Positions 1 to 9,869 of a stretch of 64,000 bases of DNA are shown one piece after another; the first letter of the stretch is position 1, and each line of letters starts with the position of its first letter. Where the stretch lies: positions 241,118,001-241,182,000 of the forward strand of contig CM097882.1 in the NCBI GenBank assembly GCA_044892505.1, written 5' to 3'. This DNA comes from Schmidtea nova. Taxonomy: Eukaryota. Position numbers and translations under genes: made by a program. The notes beneath the pieces are model-generated. The model saw nothing but the letters and a program-made list of their open reading frames with translations, did no database searches and was not told the DNA's origin.

Positions 1-1756
1 CATCCTGTTGCTTCTCTTCCATCATTGCTCGCATCATGTTGATCCTTGGATTTCCCTTTTTTAACTGTTGTAATCGTTGTTGCCTGACTTGTTCTTCTTC
101 TCGTCGTACTCTAGCCCATTCTTGATTATGTTTCTGTTGGCTTTCTCTATTCTCTCTTTCGGCCTCAGCTTCTATTAACTGGATCATGTTTATCTTTGGT
201 TGAGCAGCTTGCTGGCTTCCTTTTGCCATGCTTTCGATTATCTCGTGTAATCTGGATACCTCCTGTCTCAACTTGGCTTCTTTCATACTGGCTTCATTTG
301 CACTGCTGTTTGGGTTATTCCGTTGTTGACCCTGATTCCCATAGCTTGGTCGGTTTCCGTAATTCGGTCTATTTCCACTGTTTGACCAACTTCTCTGTTG
401 ATTACAGTCTCTTGACATGTGTCCGGTTTTTCCACATGTGTAACACGTTTTCCCATAACACCGATTTTCTGAGTGACCTTTTTGTCCACACAGTTTGCAG
501 GCTACATTCTGAAAACACTCTTGTTGCCAATGTCCGTTTTTCCCACACGTCTGACATTGCCTATTCTGCCTGTCATTGTAACTATTTCCTCCATTCGGGT
601 TCACCGTGATATATCCGTTGTTTTTCCTCGCTGGCGGTTCTTTGAACAATCTCTGCGAATGGGGAATACTTTGATTCATGTTTCTTTTTCCTTGTTCTTC
701 ATCTTCTGTCGTTTTTCCCATTACCACCGTAATTCTCATGTCGTTCATTGCCATATGCAATTCGAATAGGTTGGCTGCTTCCAACGCTTCATCTACTGTT
801 TTACATCCTTTGCATCCCACTTGTGCTCTGATGTCAGGTCTCCTGAGACCTCGTACGAATAACGCTGTCATCAATTCTTCGTCTACTGGGCTTCCTCTAT
901 TGAATGCCAGTTTCGCCAACTTTCTTAATTCACTTGCGTACACCGCATTTGACTCATTTCTCCTCTGTTTTCTTGCTGAGAACTCATCGAATGCTTCATT
1001 CAGCACTTTGTTTATCCCAAACGTCTGTTGGAAGAACTCCTTGATCGCTTCCCACGTTCTGGGTGGATTACTTCCCGATCTCTTTTCGATATACAGATCC
1101 AATGCGCTATCTTTCAAGTATAGCGGGATTCGATTTGCCAACGTTTCTGCACTCCATCCGCATATATCCACAAATATGCCAAATTCCTTCAGAAACGTAT
1201 CCAATCTACTGGCGTCTCCATTGAATGGTTCGCCCTTGAATTTTTCTCTTAGATCCTCTCTGTGTTCACTCATCCCGATTCCACTGTCTTGGAATACTGT
1301 ACTAGTTTTCTTTGCTTCTAGTTCACCACTTGTTTCTGAATTCGACTCTTCTTCTTCACTACTCTCTGTTTCGTTATCTCTTGATTCGCTTCTTGTTCTG
1401 TTTTCCCTGACTAGTTCACTGTCTATCGTTTCTACTTCGTTTCGTACTTCTGGATCCTCTGGGGTTTCTTCTTGATTCTCTTTATTACTCGAATTGTCGC
1501 TGATCTCTACTTGTTTGTTCTTTTGTTGCTTAGGTTTGTTACCTGTTCTTGTCCTTTTCGCTGCTTTTCTTTCTGCTTCCGTTAAGATTGGTATTATACC
1601 TGATCTTGTTTCTCGTCCCTCAATTTTGTCTATTCCTCAACTGCTTATATTCTCAACTGTTTTTCTACTCCGCTTTTGCTTTGCTTCTTCTTTGATTTGT
1701 TTCCTTTGATTGCTCTGACTGCTAGATTGCTTTGAATTGCTTGATTGATTTGTTTC
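1..1756 (-). CDS. gag: Ty3/gypsy Gag (capsid-like domain plus three CCHC zinc knuckles); open to the window edge, one in-frame TGA near 1637; missed by the ORF track
   Basis: Hand translation gives FNGDARRLDTFLKEFGIFVDICGWSAETLANRIPLYLKDSALDLY (retrotransposon gag motif), then CQTCGKNGHWQQEC, CKLCGQKGHSENRC and CYTCGKTGHMSRDC. First in-frame ATG after the stop is at 1273. Confidence 0.9.
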
Positions 1757-2144
1757 CTTAAAACAAATAATCACTTACACGATACGTCCCCGTTATCGTG
1801 TTTCTCGTCCCTCTCACGGGTGTAGTCATAATTCATGAAGATCCCCATTTTTCCCATTTCCCTTGATTTTGAGTCTATTTAAATTATCTATGCAGTCGTA
1901 TCAATTATCTATTCTTTATCAAATACACCAATTACTTTTCCCCAGTTCCCCAATTACTTTGTCGCTCAGCGCTCTTATTATTCCCTTTACTTTTCTCAGG
2001 CTTCTCTGGCTCTGAGTTCAAATCTCCCCTTATCTGTCAACTACTCTATTTCTCAACTATTCGCTTTATCTCCTATTCGCACTACGTTTACTACTTCATT
2101 CAATTCTCATCTCTACTCACCTTTAATTCAACTGACATCTCTCG

Positions 2145-2614
2145 TTGGCCTGTTGGGCTTTCCAATCAGCGCCTTTCATCTCACCTTTTATCTCGACTTT
2201 ATTATTCTCGACATCACTCATTATCTCATTAGCCTGCTGGGTTTTCCAGTCAGCGCTTTTAATCTTACCTTTTACTTCTGCTTCATTATTCTCGACCTCA
2301 ATTGTCGTTTCATTAGCCTGCTGGGTTTTTCCAGTCAGCGCTCTTATTATCCACCCTTTATCTCTTCACTGTCGACTTTTAACTGCTCTTTACTCCGATG
2401 ATCATCACTTTTGACCTGCTGGGTCTTCCAGTCAGCGTTCTCAATTTTTCCACTTTATTATTACTCACTTTTGTTATCTCGATCTTTCCTGATCGTTATC
2501 ATTGACCTGCTGGGTTTTCCAGCTAGCGTCTTTACCACTTTACTGTCTTAACAAACCGGTTTCATTTTATTCCCCTCGAATCTCATGGTCTACTGGGTTT
2601 TCCAGTCAGCACCC
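2145..2614 (-). repeat. Array of six conserved ~30-nt stem-loops at 84-98-nt spacing in the gag leader
   Basis: Core (+) CTGCTGGGTTTTCCAGTCAGC recurs at about 2145, 2229, 2313, 2411, 2502 and 2587. Spacers are more diverged than cores, and the stems show compensatory changes. Confidence 0.9.
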
Positions 2615-2933
2615 TTCACTTACTCACTTTACTTTACTACTCCTCTGTATGCATACTTTGACGTCATTAGGCCACATAATCAGCTTTACTCGCATTTATC
2701 AATACCCAGGTGCGCACCTTCAACTCTCTCATTATTACCTCGGTTTCTTTCAACCCTTATTCCTCATTATTCGCTATTCATTTTCACTATTCATCATTTA
2801 TCCTCATTATCATTTATTCATCTCCATTATCGCTTATTGATCTTTACTATCCGGATAGTTTTATACGTAATTTAGTCCTCATCTGCCTCACTTCGTCGTC
2901 TTTCTCGTGGGCTTTTACTCCATATTTTATTTC

Positions 2934-3445
2934 GAACGAGAACTATGCTCACCGCTGAGAACTATGCTCACTAACGAGAACTATGCTCAATGACGAGAAC
3001 TATGCTCACTGACGAGAACTATGCTCACTGACGAGAACTATGCTCACTGACGAGAACTATGCTCACTGACGAGAACTATGCTCACTGACGAGAACTATGC
3101 TCACTGGCAAAACATGGTTGTTATGAGGGTTCTGCTTACTGCTGGAAACTCTTTGCCCCGGGGACTATGTTCCCCGATGAGAACTATGCTCACTGATGGT
3201 GACTACAGGAATTATGTTTCCTGATGAGAACTAAGCTCACTACGATGACTATGTTTATTAATGAGAACTACGCTCACTGATGAGGACTATGTTCGCTGGT
3301 CTTGTGTTTATTAATGAGAACTCTGCTCACTACGAGATTTATATTTACGGACGAGAACTATGCTCACTATGACGAGACCTACGCTCACTAGGATGTTATG
3401 TTTTATGACGAGACCTATGCTCACTATGAGACCTATGCTCACGAA
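2934..3445. repeat. ~20-bp minisatellite (GACGAGAACTATGCTCACT unit), decaying rightwards
   Basis: Near-identical tandem units 2934-3106, degenerate units to about 3445. Confidence 0.95.
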
Positions 3446-4142
3446 CGAAAACTCGAAATATCATCTCTCAGTGGTTGCATGTGTTGCTTCGGGATGTTCC
3501 TCCCAGTGGTCACTTATGCTTCTTCGGAGAATCTATTGTCGCGTTTCGTTAAGTTCTATCTTTCAAGAACTATGGGCAAATCCTTTCTCTCTAGGACCCC
3601 TTTTATTATTTCCTTCCTTTCAAGGATTTCCTTTAACCTCGAGTTTTCCATTTACTCGGTTCGTCTGTTATACCCCTTTATTCTATTATCGATTCGTCAA
3701 CCTTTCTACTTGATTTTACCTTATGCGAGCTGATTACGTGCCTTTCATCATATACCACGTTTCGCTATTCATCCTACTCATTTCATTGCTTTCTCTCTCT
3801 CTTTACTGATCAGTTTATCCTCCTATTTTTATAGTTTTTTCTGCGCGCGCCTACACCTCATTAAGTTGTCCCTACCTTTCACCCCAACCAAAATATATAA
3901 AAAGATCGCATTGGTCCACTGATGCACGATGTGGTGATCAGTCACATCACAAGAGCTTTCCAATATCCGCGATTGGATCCCTTTCTACACATCTCGGGTG
4001 AGTTGATCAGTTGGTTCCCCCCAATGGGTGCTTATCGGACTACTCGTGAGTAGCTCATTATTACTTAGGTCATTTTTACCAAATCATTATTAAACCCTCA
4101 TAATTTCAACAACAACTGTACTTGTTCAAAACTTTATTTCTA

Positions 4143-4601
4143 TTACAAGTACACTGTTATTTTCTCGGATACGGGAAAATTGCACATAGGACATCGTTCG
4201 TTTATTTTACATTCATTACAGAATCGAAAATGCCCACATGGCAACAACATTATCTGTATCTTATTCATTTCACAGATGTAACACGTCAGATATTGTCTCG
4301 TATGTTCGGTTGTTATTCCTATCCACTCATCGTGTTTTGTTGTTAACTGTTGTTCTAGCCTGTGGCATTCGATATTCATCTCAGGGTTGTTTAATCGCTC
4401 TCTATACCACTGATATCGTGTTGCTGTATCCACTGTTATCTTATTCTCGCTTATGCTCATCATCATTTCGGCTCTTTCTGTGTTGTTTGTCGGTTCGTGG
4501 TATCCTCCTACCTCGAGTCGTCTTAACTTTCTCGTTATTGTCTCCACTGTTTCGTTGTTTGTCTCGAAAAACGTTTGCATTTCTTTTATTTTGTTCTCCA
4601 T
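4143..4601 (-). CDS. RING-finger (IAP/MDM2-type C3HC4) protein, putative E3 ubiquitin ligase, retroelement accessory gene
   Basis: 152-aa intact ORF ending CYICEMNKIQIMLLPCGHFRFCNECKINERCPMCNFPVSEKITVYL, the typical C-terminal RING layout of IAP/MDM2-like ligases. N-terminal helical region; no BIR domain seen. Confidence 0.85.
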   Translation of the reverse strand: MENKIKEMQTFFETNNETVETITRKLRRLEVGGYHEPTNNTERAEMMMSISENKITVDTATRYQWYRERLNNPEMNIECHRLEQQLTTKHDEWIGITTEHTRQYLTCYICEMNKIQIMLLPCGHFRFCNECKINERCPMCNFPVSEKITVYL

Positions 4602-5131
4602 CCCCTGAATGAATTCTCATTAATTTTGTTATCGATTTTTATTTATTATTTATTATTCCTATTCTATGGTAGCCCTACTGTTCGCTTTCTGTTGTTCTGT
4701 TTTGCGTCGTTACTTGCGTATCCCCCCGTGTTCTTGAATGTCGCCCCGACATGATCATTGTTAGTTGCTCACACTCATACCATTTTCATACACGCTTTTC
4801 AGCATACTTTTACCTTACGTCATGCATACTTTTCATCACTTTTCATACTGTTATTCCACATACTATTCATCATACTTCATTCGTCCTCATATTTTCACAT
4901 TCATACTTTCATTCTCATGCATACTTTTATCCCGTTCATCAATCTCATTATTTTACACTCATACTTTTATTTATTATTTTTCAACCCGATTCATTCTTGC
5001 TTCAGGACACTCAACCCTTCTGTTATTCTTTACTTTACTTTTCCTCGCTCAATTCAATTTCATACCGGTTCATGCGCTCTAAACTGTCCGCAGGTATCGA
5101 ATTCACTTTTTCCCACAAAGATCGATTTAAT

Positions 5132-5390
5132 CCCGGCTGAGCCCCCAAATTTATGCTGGTGTGTTGGTTAGATTGACAACTGAGATCCTTATGATTTTAT
5201 ATGTTAGGGTGATCTCGCCAACATAAAAACATTCCCCCGCTGACACCCATGATGTATCCCTAACTACTCATCATGTTGGTGCTGTGTCAACGTTGTGAAA
5301 TGACAAGGCAGGTGAGCAACCTTTCGGCTACTATTCCCTTGTTTATTCACGGGTCCACCACTACCGATAGAAGGTGTCTGTGGCTTTCTT
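5132..5390. other. Conserved non-coding module (copy A; related copies near 23555-23785, 46270-46540, 54150-54410)
   Basis: Shared boxes GCAGGTRAG ... CTAYTCCCC-like ... GGGTTCC-like ... TAGAAGG. Copies A and D also share CCCGRCTGAGMCCCMAAATTTATGYTGGTGYGTTGGT. Confidence 0.65.
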
Positions 5391-5543
5391 TCGGTCCCCT
5401 CTATAATACGCTCTTTCCTTTGCTCTAGGGTTGATTCGATGTTATCGTATCTGCAGATTTAAATGAATCCGGGTTTTATTCACATTCAATTCTCAGACAT
5501 TCTACAAACAAACAAGACAAGTCAAATCATTCGTTTTATACAT

Positions 5544-6143
5544 TTATTTATAGTTTAGCAATACCGAGGGTCTGATTACATTCAGAAGTTCTTGTTCAGA
5601 TAGACCGCTGAGCAAGTCTACTTCTATCCCGAGACGATCTGCGTAGGCACGTCTCTCTCTCCGCTTCTTCGCGCCGAGGCGATTCCTTCTCTTTGTGCGT
5701 TGTGAGCCTGCGGGAATTGTATTTGTCACTGTAGTAGCCGTGGCTATGGTCGATGCATTCTCTGTTTGGGTGCTCGTAGTCACCGCTATCGTGTCTATCC
5801 ATCGATTAAAGGTGCTCGCTCTGATCACGGGGCGCAATTGCTCGGTGATGAAGTCTCGGGTCGACACCTTTAAATAATTGGCCAACTCCAATTTCAGGGC
5901 TGCAATCTCTCTGGCATGTTCCTCAGCTACTCGTTCTGCCCTGTATCTAGCCTGCAGGATGGACTTAACCCGCTCTGGGTTAAACCATGTAGTCTTAATC
6001 CGCTGATGCTCCTCATTCAGCTGCCTTAATCGATTCTCCAGGACTCGTGAGCGCGCCTTATGTTCTCGCGCCTCGTGCTGGAAATCTCTGCCCTTGGTTT
6101 CCGTCATGTCTGTAAATATGTCATTAATGGTAGTATATGTCAT
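5544..6143 (-). CDS. Hypothetical accessory protein: N-terminal coiled coil, Thr-rich linker, Arg/Lys-rich C-terminal motif
   Basis: 199-aa ATG-initiated ORF co-oriented with gag; heptad-like charged N-half; KRRNRLGAKKRRERRAYADR. Confidence 0.65.
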   Translation of the reverse strand: MTYTTINDIFTDMTETKGRDFQHEAREHKARSRVLENRLRQLNEEHQRIKTTWFNPERVKSILQARYRAERVAEEHAREIAALKLELANYLKVSTRDFITEQLRPVIRASTFNRWIDTIAVTTSTQTENASTIATATTVTNTIPAGSQRTKRRNRLGAKKRRERRAYADRLGIEVDLLSGLSEQELLNVIRPSVLLNYK

Positions 6144-6294
6144 GTGTCTGATCTTTCGGTCATCCTATCGTCATTAAACAACTCCGCCTTATCATCATGT
6201 TATTCTCATACACTCAAAAACAAAACAAGACCGTTCTCACACAAATACATATATTTTTATATCTACGACAATCATTCTTTCTCGGCTGCATCAA

Positions 6295-6930
6295 TCAACT
6301 GAATGCCCTCAATTCCTGATCGGCAGGATGCTCGTCGCGACGAATTCCATTCTCCCAATACATTTCTGGGGCTGGGTTCCAACTCAGCTTATCTTTGTAG
6401 ATAAACACCTCCCAGAGGCGAAGCTCCTTGGGCTCGGGGTGTTGTTCCACGGAAACACTTCCTGGCGCATTTGAGTAGGCGAAGACTTCCCCAGTGTCGC
6501 CACACCGGGGCCTGTCTAGCAGCAGGTAACCGAGTTGATGTAGCTCTTTTCCGGACATCATTCCGGTACTTAGTAGCCATTGGGGTTGCTTTGACTCATC
6601 TAGGAATTGATAAAACCATCGGGTATTTTCCGGCTTGATACGATCCGAGGAGGGTACCCAATCGGTATCTCCTTCCCACCGCAACTGTAGTACAAACGCG
6701 CAAGCTGGGGTGCTAGCGGCTGAGCTCATATGAGCCCTCATCCATCGTCGTAGGTGGCGACGTGATAGTTCGACAACTTTTCGGGGTGCTTCGTTCTCTC
6801 CTCTGATGTTTGGGTTCGTATTTGGTCTGAGGACGGAGCGGGTGCGCCGTTTCTTACGGAGGATGGTATGCTCTAACTTTATAGGATACGCGACCATCGG
6901 CTTCTCTTGGTAGCTTTCTAGTTTCACCAT
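6295..6930 (-). CDS. Hypothetical accessory protein, no recognisable domain
   Basis: 211-aa ATG-initiated, GC-richer ORF co-oriented with gag; basic RKKRR patch. Confidence 0.6.
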   Translation of the reverse strand: MVKLESYQEKPMVAYPIKLEHTILRKKRRTRSVLRPNTNPNIRGENEAPRKVVELSRRHLRRWMRAHMSSAASTPACAFVLQLRWEGDTDWVPSSDRIKPENTRWFYQFLDESKQPQWLLSTGMMSGKELHQLGYLLLDRPRCGDTGEVFAYSNAPGSVSVEQHPEPKELRLWEVFIYKDKLSWNPAPEMYWENGIRRDEHPADQELRAFS

Positions 6931-8079
6931 AGTATTCCTAAAGAAAATGGTTGTTTTTAATCTACTGATTCTACGGCAGAACGGGCCTATTTATATTAGT
7001 CAACCCACCCGTCTTATTGATGAAATTTTGTAGGTCTGAGTGGTACCTTCTATATTCTTGCCGGATCATTGTTGGTGGCTTAACGTAGGTCGTGTTAGAT
7101 GATAGCTTGAAGCTAATATGCTCCGCTTTTTATTTCGACGATTCAGCTACGCACGATTGGTTGTATTTAGTAATCATATTGCTATTATATTTAATTTTCA
7201 TCAATCAGGTTCAACCACTCAACTACAACCGTTTTTATTTATTGAAAATACTATTTATTACATTCAATCTCGTCAGTCGTTCTCAATCACTTCCTCATCT
7301 AACCAGCAATGATCATACCATGTCGGGTAATTCTCGTAAGTTCCTGTGGTCCTTACTCACTGGGGTTCACCATTTTATCAGTTCTCGATGCCTGTGATTT
7401 ATTTATCATCTCTCCTGGCGACTAAACACAGCTGACAGAGGTTATCGATTATCCTTAACCCTTGATACTAGGTTCACTATGCCCGAACTCGTACGCGCTA
7501 ATGTCGACATATACCTACCCTTGTCGTCACCTAATTCATCTACACTAATGTTATTCACTACACGTCTATCCCTCGTCTAGACTTCGCCGCGATATATATC
7601 CTTCCTACAAAATGGGCTTCACTTTACGCTCGTTTACGACTACTAGTTTATACTCGATACCCTATCATCGTGATGCATAACGTTTATATTAGATCATCTC
7701 TACCTTGATTTCGTTCATGATCATTAGGTCTTACTCGATACCCTATGTGCATTTAACCCCTTCCGCTTTCCAAATATTTAATACACCTATGGTCCCGCCG
7801 CATCAGCACCTCACAACCGAAAGATTGTGTTGCGCTGAGAGGCCAGAGAATCCGTCAGGCTGTTAGGCCTCCGGAAAACCTTATTGATTTTAACATGTTT
7901 ATAAACAATTATGAGGGTTTAGACACATCAATAACATAACACCAAATTACCTTTTATTTCCAACTGGTTTCCAATACAAGGTTGTTACAAGTTATCAGTT
8001 ACGACTTGCACTCGGTAAAATTGACATTGTCAAATACTGATTTGACTTCAGTATTTATACTCAACCGGTGTTGTTGGTT

Positions 8080-8500
8080 AGCCAATCAGCATCGAGTATG
8101 TGTGTATGTTTGCTTCATTATTTTGTGTTGTCGGCTTTTTGCTGCCTAACTTAACTCGCCGATTTATTTGGTTAATCATGCGGTAAGTTTATTTTTTTGT
8201 ATGATTTAATTTTTATTTGATTTTGCTTTAGCTCTTCGGTGACATCCGCCCACGCGCTGTCATATTCAGATTTTTTTCTGTTTCGCATGAGTAAGTTTTG
8301 AAGATTTTTGTTGTTTTGATTAATATTTTATTTCTTTTAGATGTTGCCGCCTATTTTGTTACGCTTTGGTGTTGGTAATTTATTTTGTTGTTATTCTGTA
8401 GTTAATTTATTTTATTGATTGTATATTATTTTCAGATGCTGCTCGATTTGGCTGGCCCAACACCCATTTGGGGTCACGAGATATAGTTTAAGAATCCCTA
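8080..8500 (+). promoter_or_regulatory. Putative promoter and spliced 5' leader with three short introns
   Basis: CCAAT box at 8082; GT-AG introns with T-rich bodies at 8183-8231 (49 nt), 8291-8340 (50 nt) and 8375-8435 (61 nt). Confidence 0.45.
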
Positions 8501-9025
8501 ATGTAATTGATAATAAGACTAAGCACGTAAATGAAATTAGTTTCTAACTTTTTGAAATAAAAATTAAGAGTCGCAAAACTTTTTTGGAGCCCCTTATAAT
8601 ATATTTGCAAATATTTTTAAATTAAAATTTTTTTAAATAATATTGGTCGCACCCACTCTTAAAATATTTTTAAAATTAATTAAATAATAATTAAAATAAT
8701 TAATTGGGTGCTTGATCGCTGTGAGAGATTGTGGGGCGAACCTGGAAGCCGTTAAACGGACTTATCGAAATCTATATAAATCTTATATGAACATGATCAA
8801 TGAGAAAGCACAATATCCAATGACATAAATTCCAACGAACCAATGGATATTTCAACTCTTCCAGAAATGACAAATTTCTCTTCGCATAATAATAAAATAG
8901 ATTCACCTTTAACTATTTTGAATCAAAACAACACCAACGGATGTGGCGTAGTGTCTCCGGGTTTACAAAATTACGATTAATTTTCTAATACTGAAACGTC
9001 TACTGCAGAAGGTGTAAATAAATAA

Positions 9026-9447
9026 ATGGTAGATGACACCGGTGATTTATATGCCGATGATGATGAGGCTAGACCAACTGGGAGCCCGGCAGAGAGAAAA
9101 AGCTTCTAAGTGATACGATAACAGTTCGATGCTTGCCATGGAAAACTTAAGTAATGTTTCGAGTTCCAAACAATTCTACAAATTTGGATAAAAGCCAGCG
9201 ATCAACGGGCATTTTCCTCCAATGCAATGTAGAATGCGAATCCACTTCATGGAATTGCAATGCTAAAGCTAAAATAACGTTGGTATCTCAACAGAAGTTA
9301 GCCGCCAGTGGGGAATTGTCCCAGCCAGACGAATCACCTAAACCGACAAATGAAAACGATAAAAATGCTAACTCTCACGATGTCGTTAGGACTATTGAGC
9401 ACAATTTCTATTCTATTAGTGACAAGTCTATTGAACTAAATTTGTGA
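9026..9447 (+). pseudogene. USP7: USP7 N-terminal MATH/TRAF-domain fragment, disrupted
   Basis: In-frame VRCLPWKT*VMFR...STGIFLQCNVECESTSWNCNAKAKITLV...VVRTIEHNFY matches USP7 VRNLPWKIMVMPR...[28 protein letters not shown]...FSRRISHLFF. Upstream DDDEARP resembles the pre-MATH segment. In-frame stop at about 9148; no catalytic domain. Confidence 0.8.
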
Positions 9448-9869
9448 TTAATTTAGAATTCTTAAATTTTAAATTAATATTGGAGTTATTGAAAATTTTT
9501 TATATTTTTGAGTTTTTTTTTGATTAAAGGTGGAAAATTTTGGGTTTTGGTTTTTAAATGATTTTTTGGTAAATTGTAAAAATTTTATGATTTAAAATGA
9601 TTTTTTGATAAATTGGAAAAATTTTATGATTTAAAGTGAAAGATTTGTTAATTTAGTTATTTAGTGTTTTAATAATGGTTTTTGGTAAATTTGGAATGGG
9701 ATAAAGTTTGAAATTTAAATTTTTTGCTGAATAATGGGTAAACTTTGTAATGGTTTTGAAAAATTGGTAATTTTGCCTAATAAATTTGTGCGATTTAATG
9801 AAAATAATAAATCTGATTTAATTGGGACTTTGATGGTTTAATTTTGGAAGATTGGCTTGCTAAATAAAC

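Larger units (their letters stand above)
1..7740 (-). mobile_element. 5' portion of a giant Ty3/gypsy-like LTR retroelement with accessory ORFs (runs off the left edge; right boundary approximate)
   Basis: Minus-strand gag with CCHC knuckles, preceded by a long repeat-rich leader and three co-oriented ORFs, all sharing the same strand-biased composition (T/C-rich + strand). LTR and PBS not identified. Assigning the upstream ORFs to the same element is inference. Confidence 0.7.

Noticed and set aside
196-1709. Plus-strand ORFs 196-609, 678-1475 and 1494-1709
   Set aside because: Antisense shadows of the minus-strand gag; Ser/Phe/Leu-rich with no motifs.
2145-2614. CRISPR array
   Set aside because: Repeat-spacer look, but eukaryotic retroelement context, no cas genes, and spacers are homologous to one another (ancient tandem duplication).
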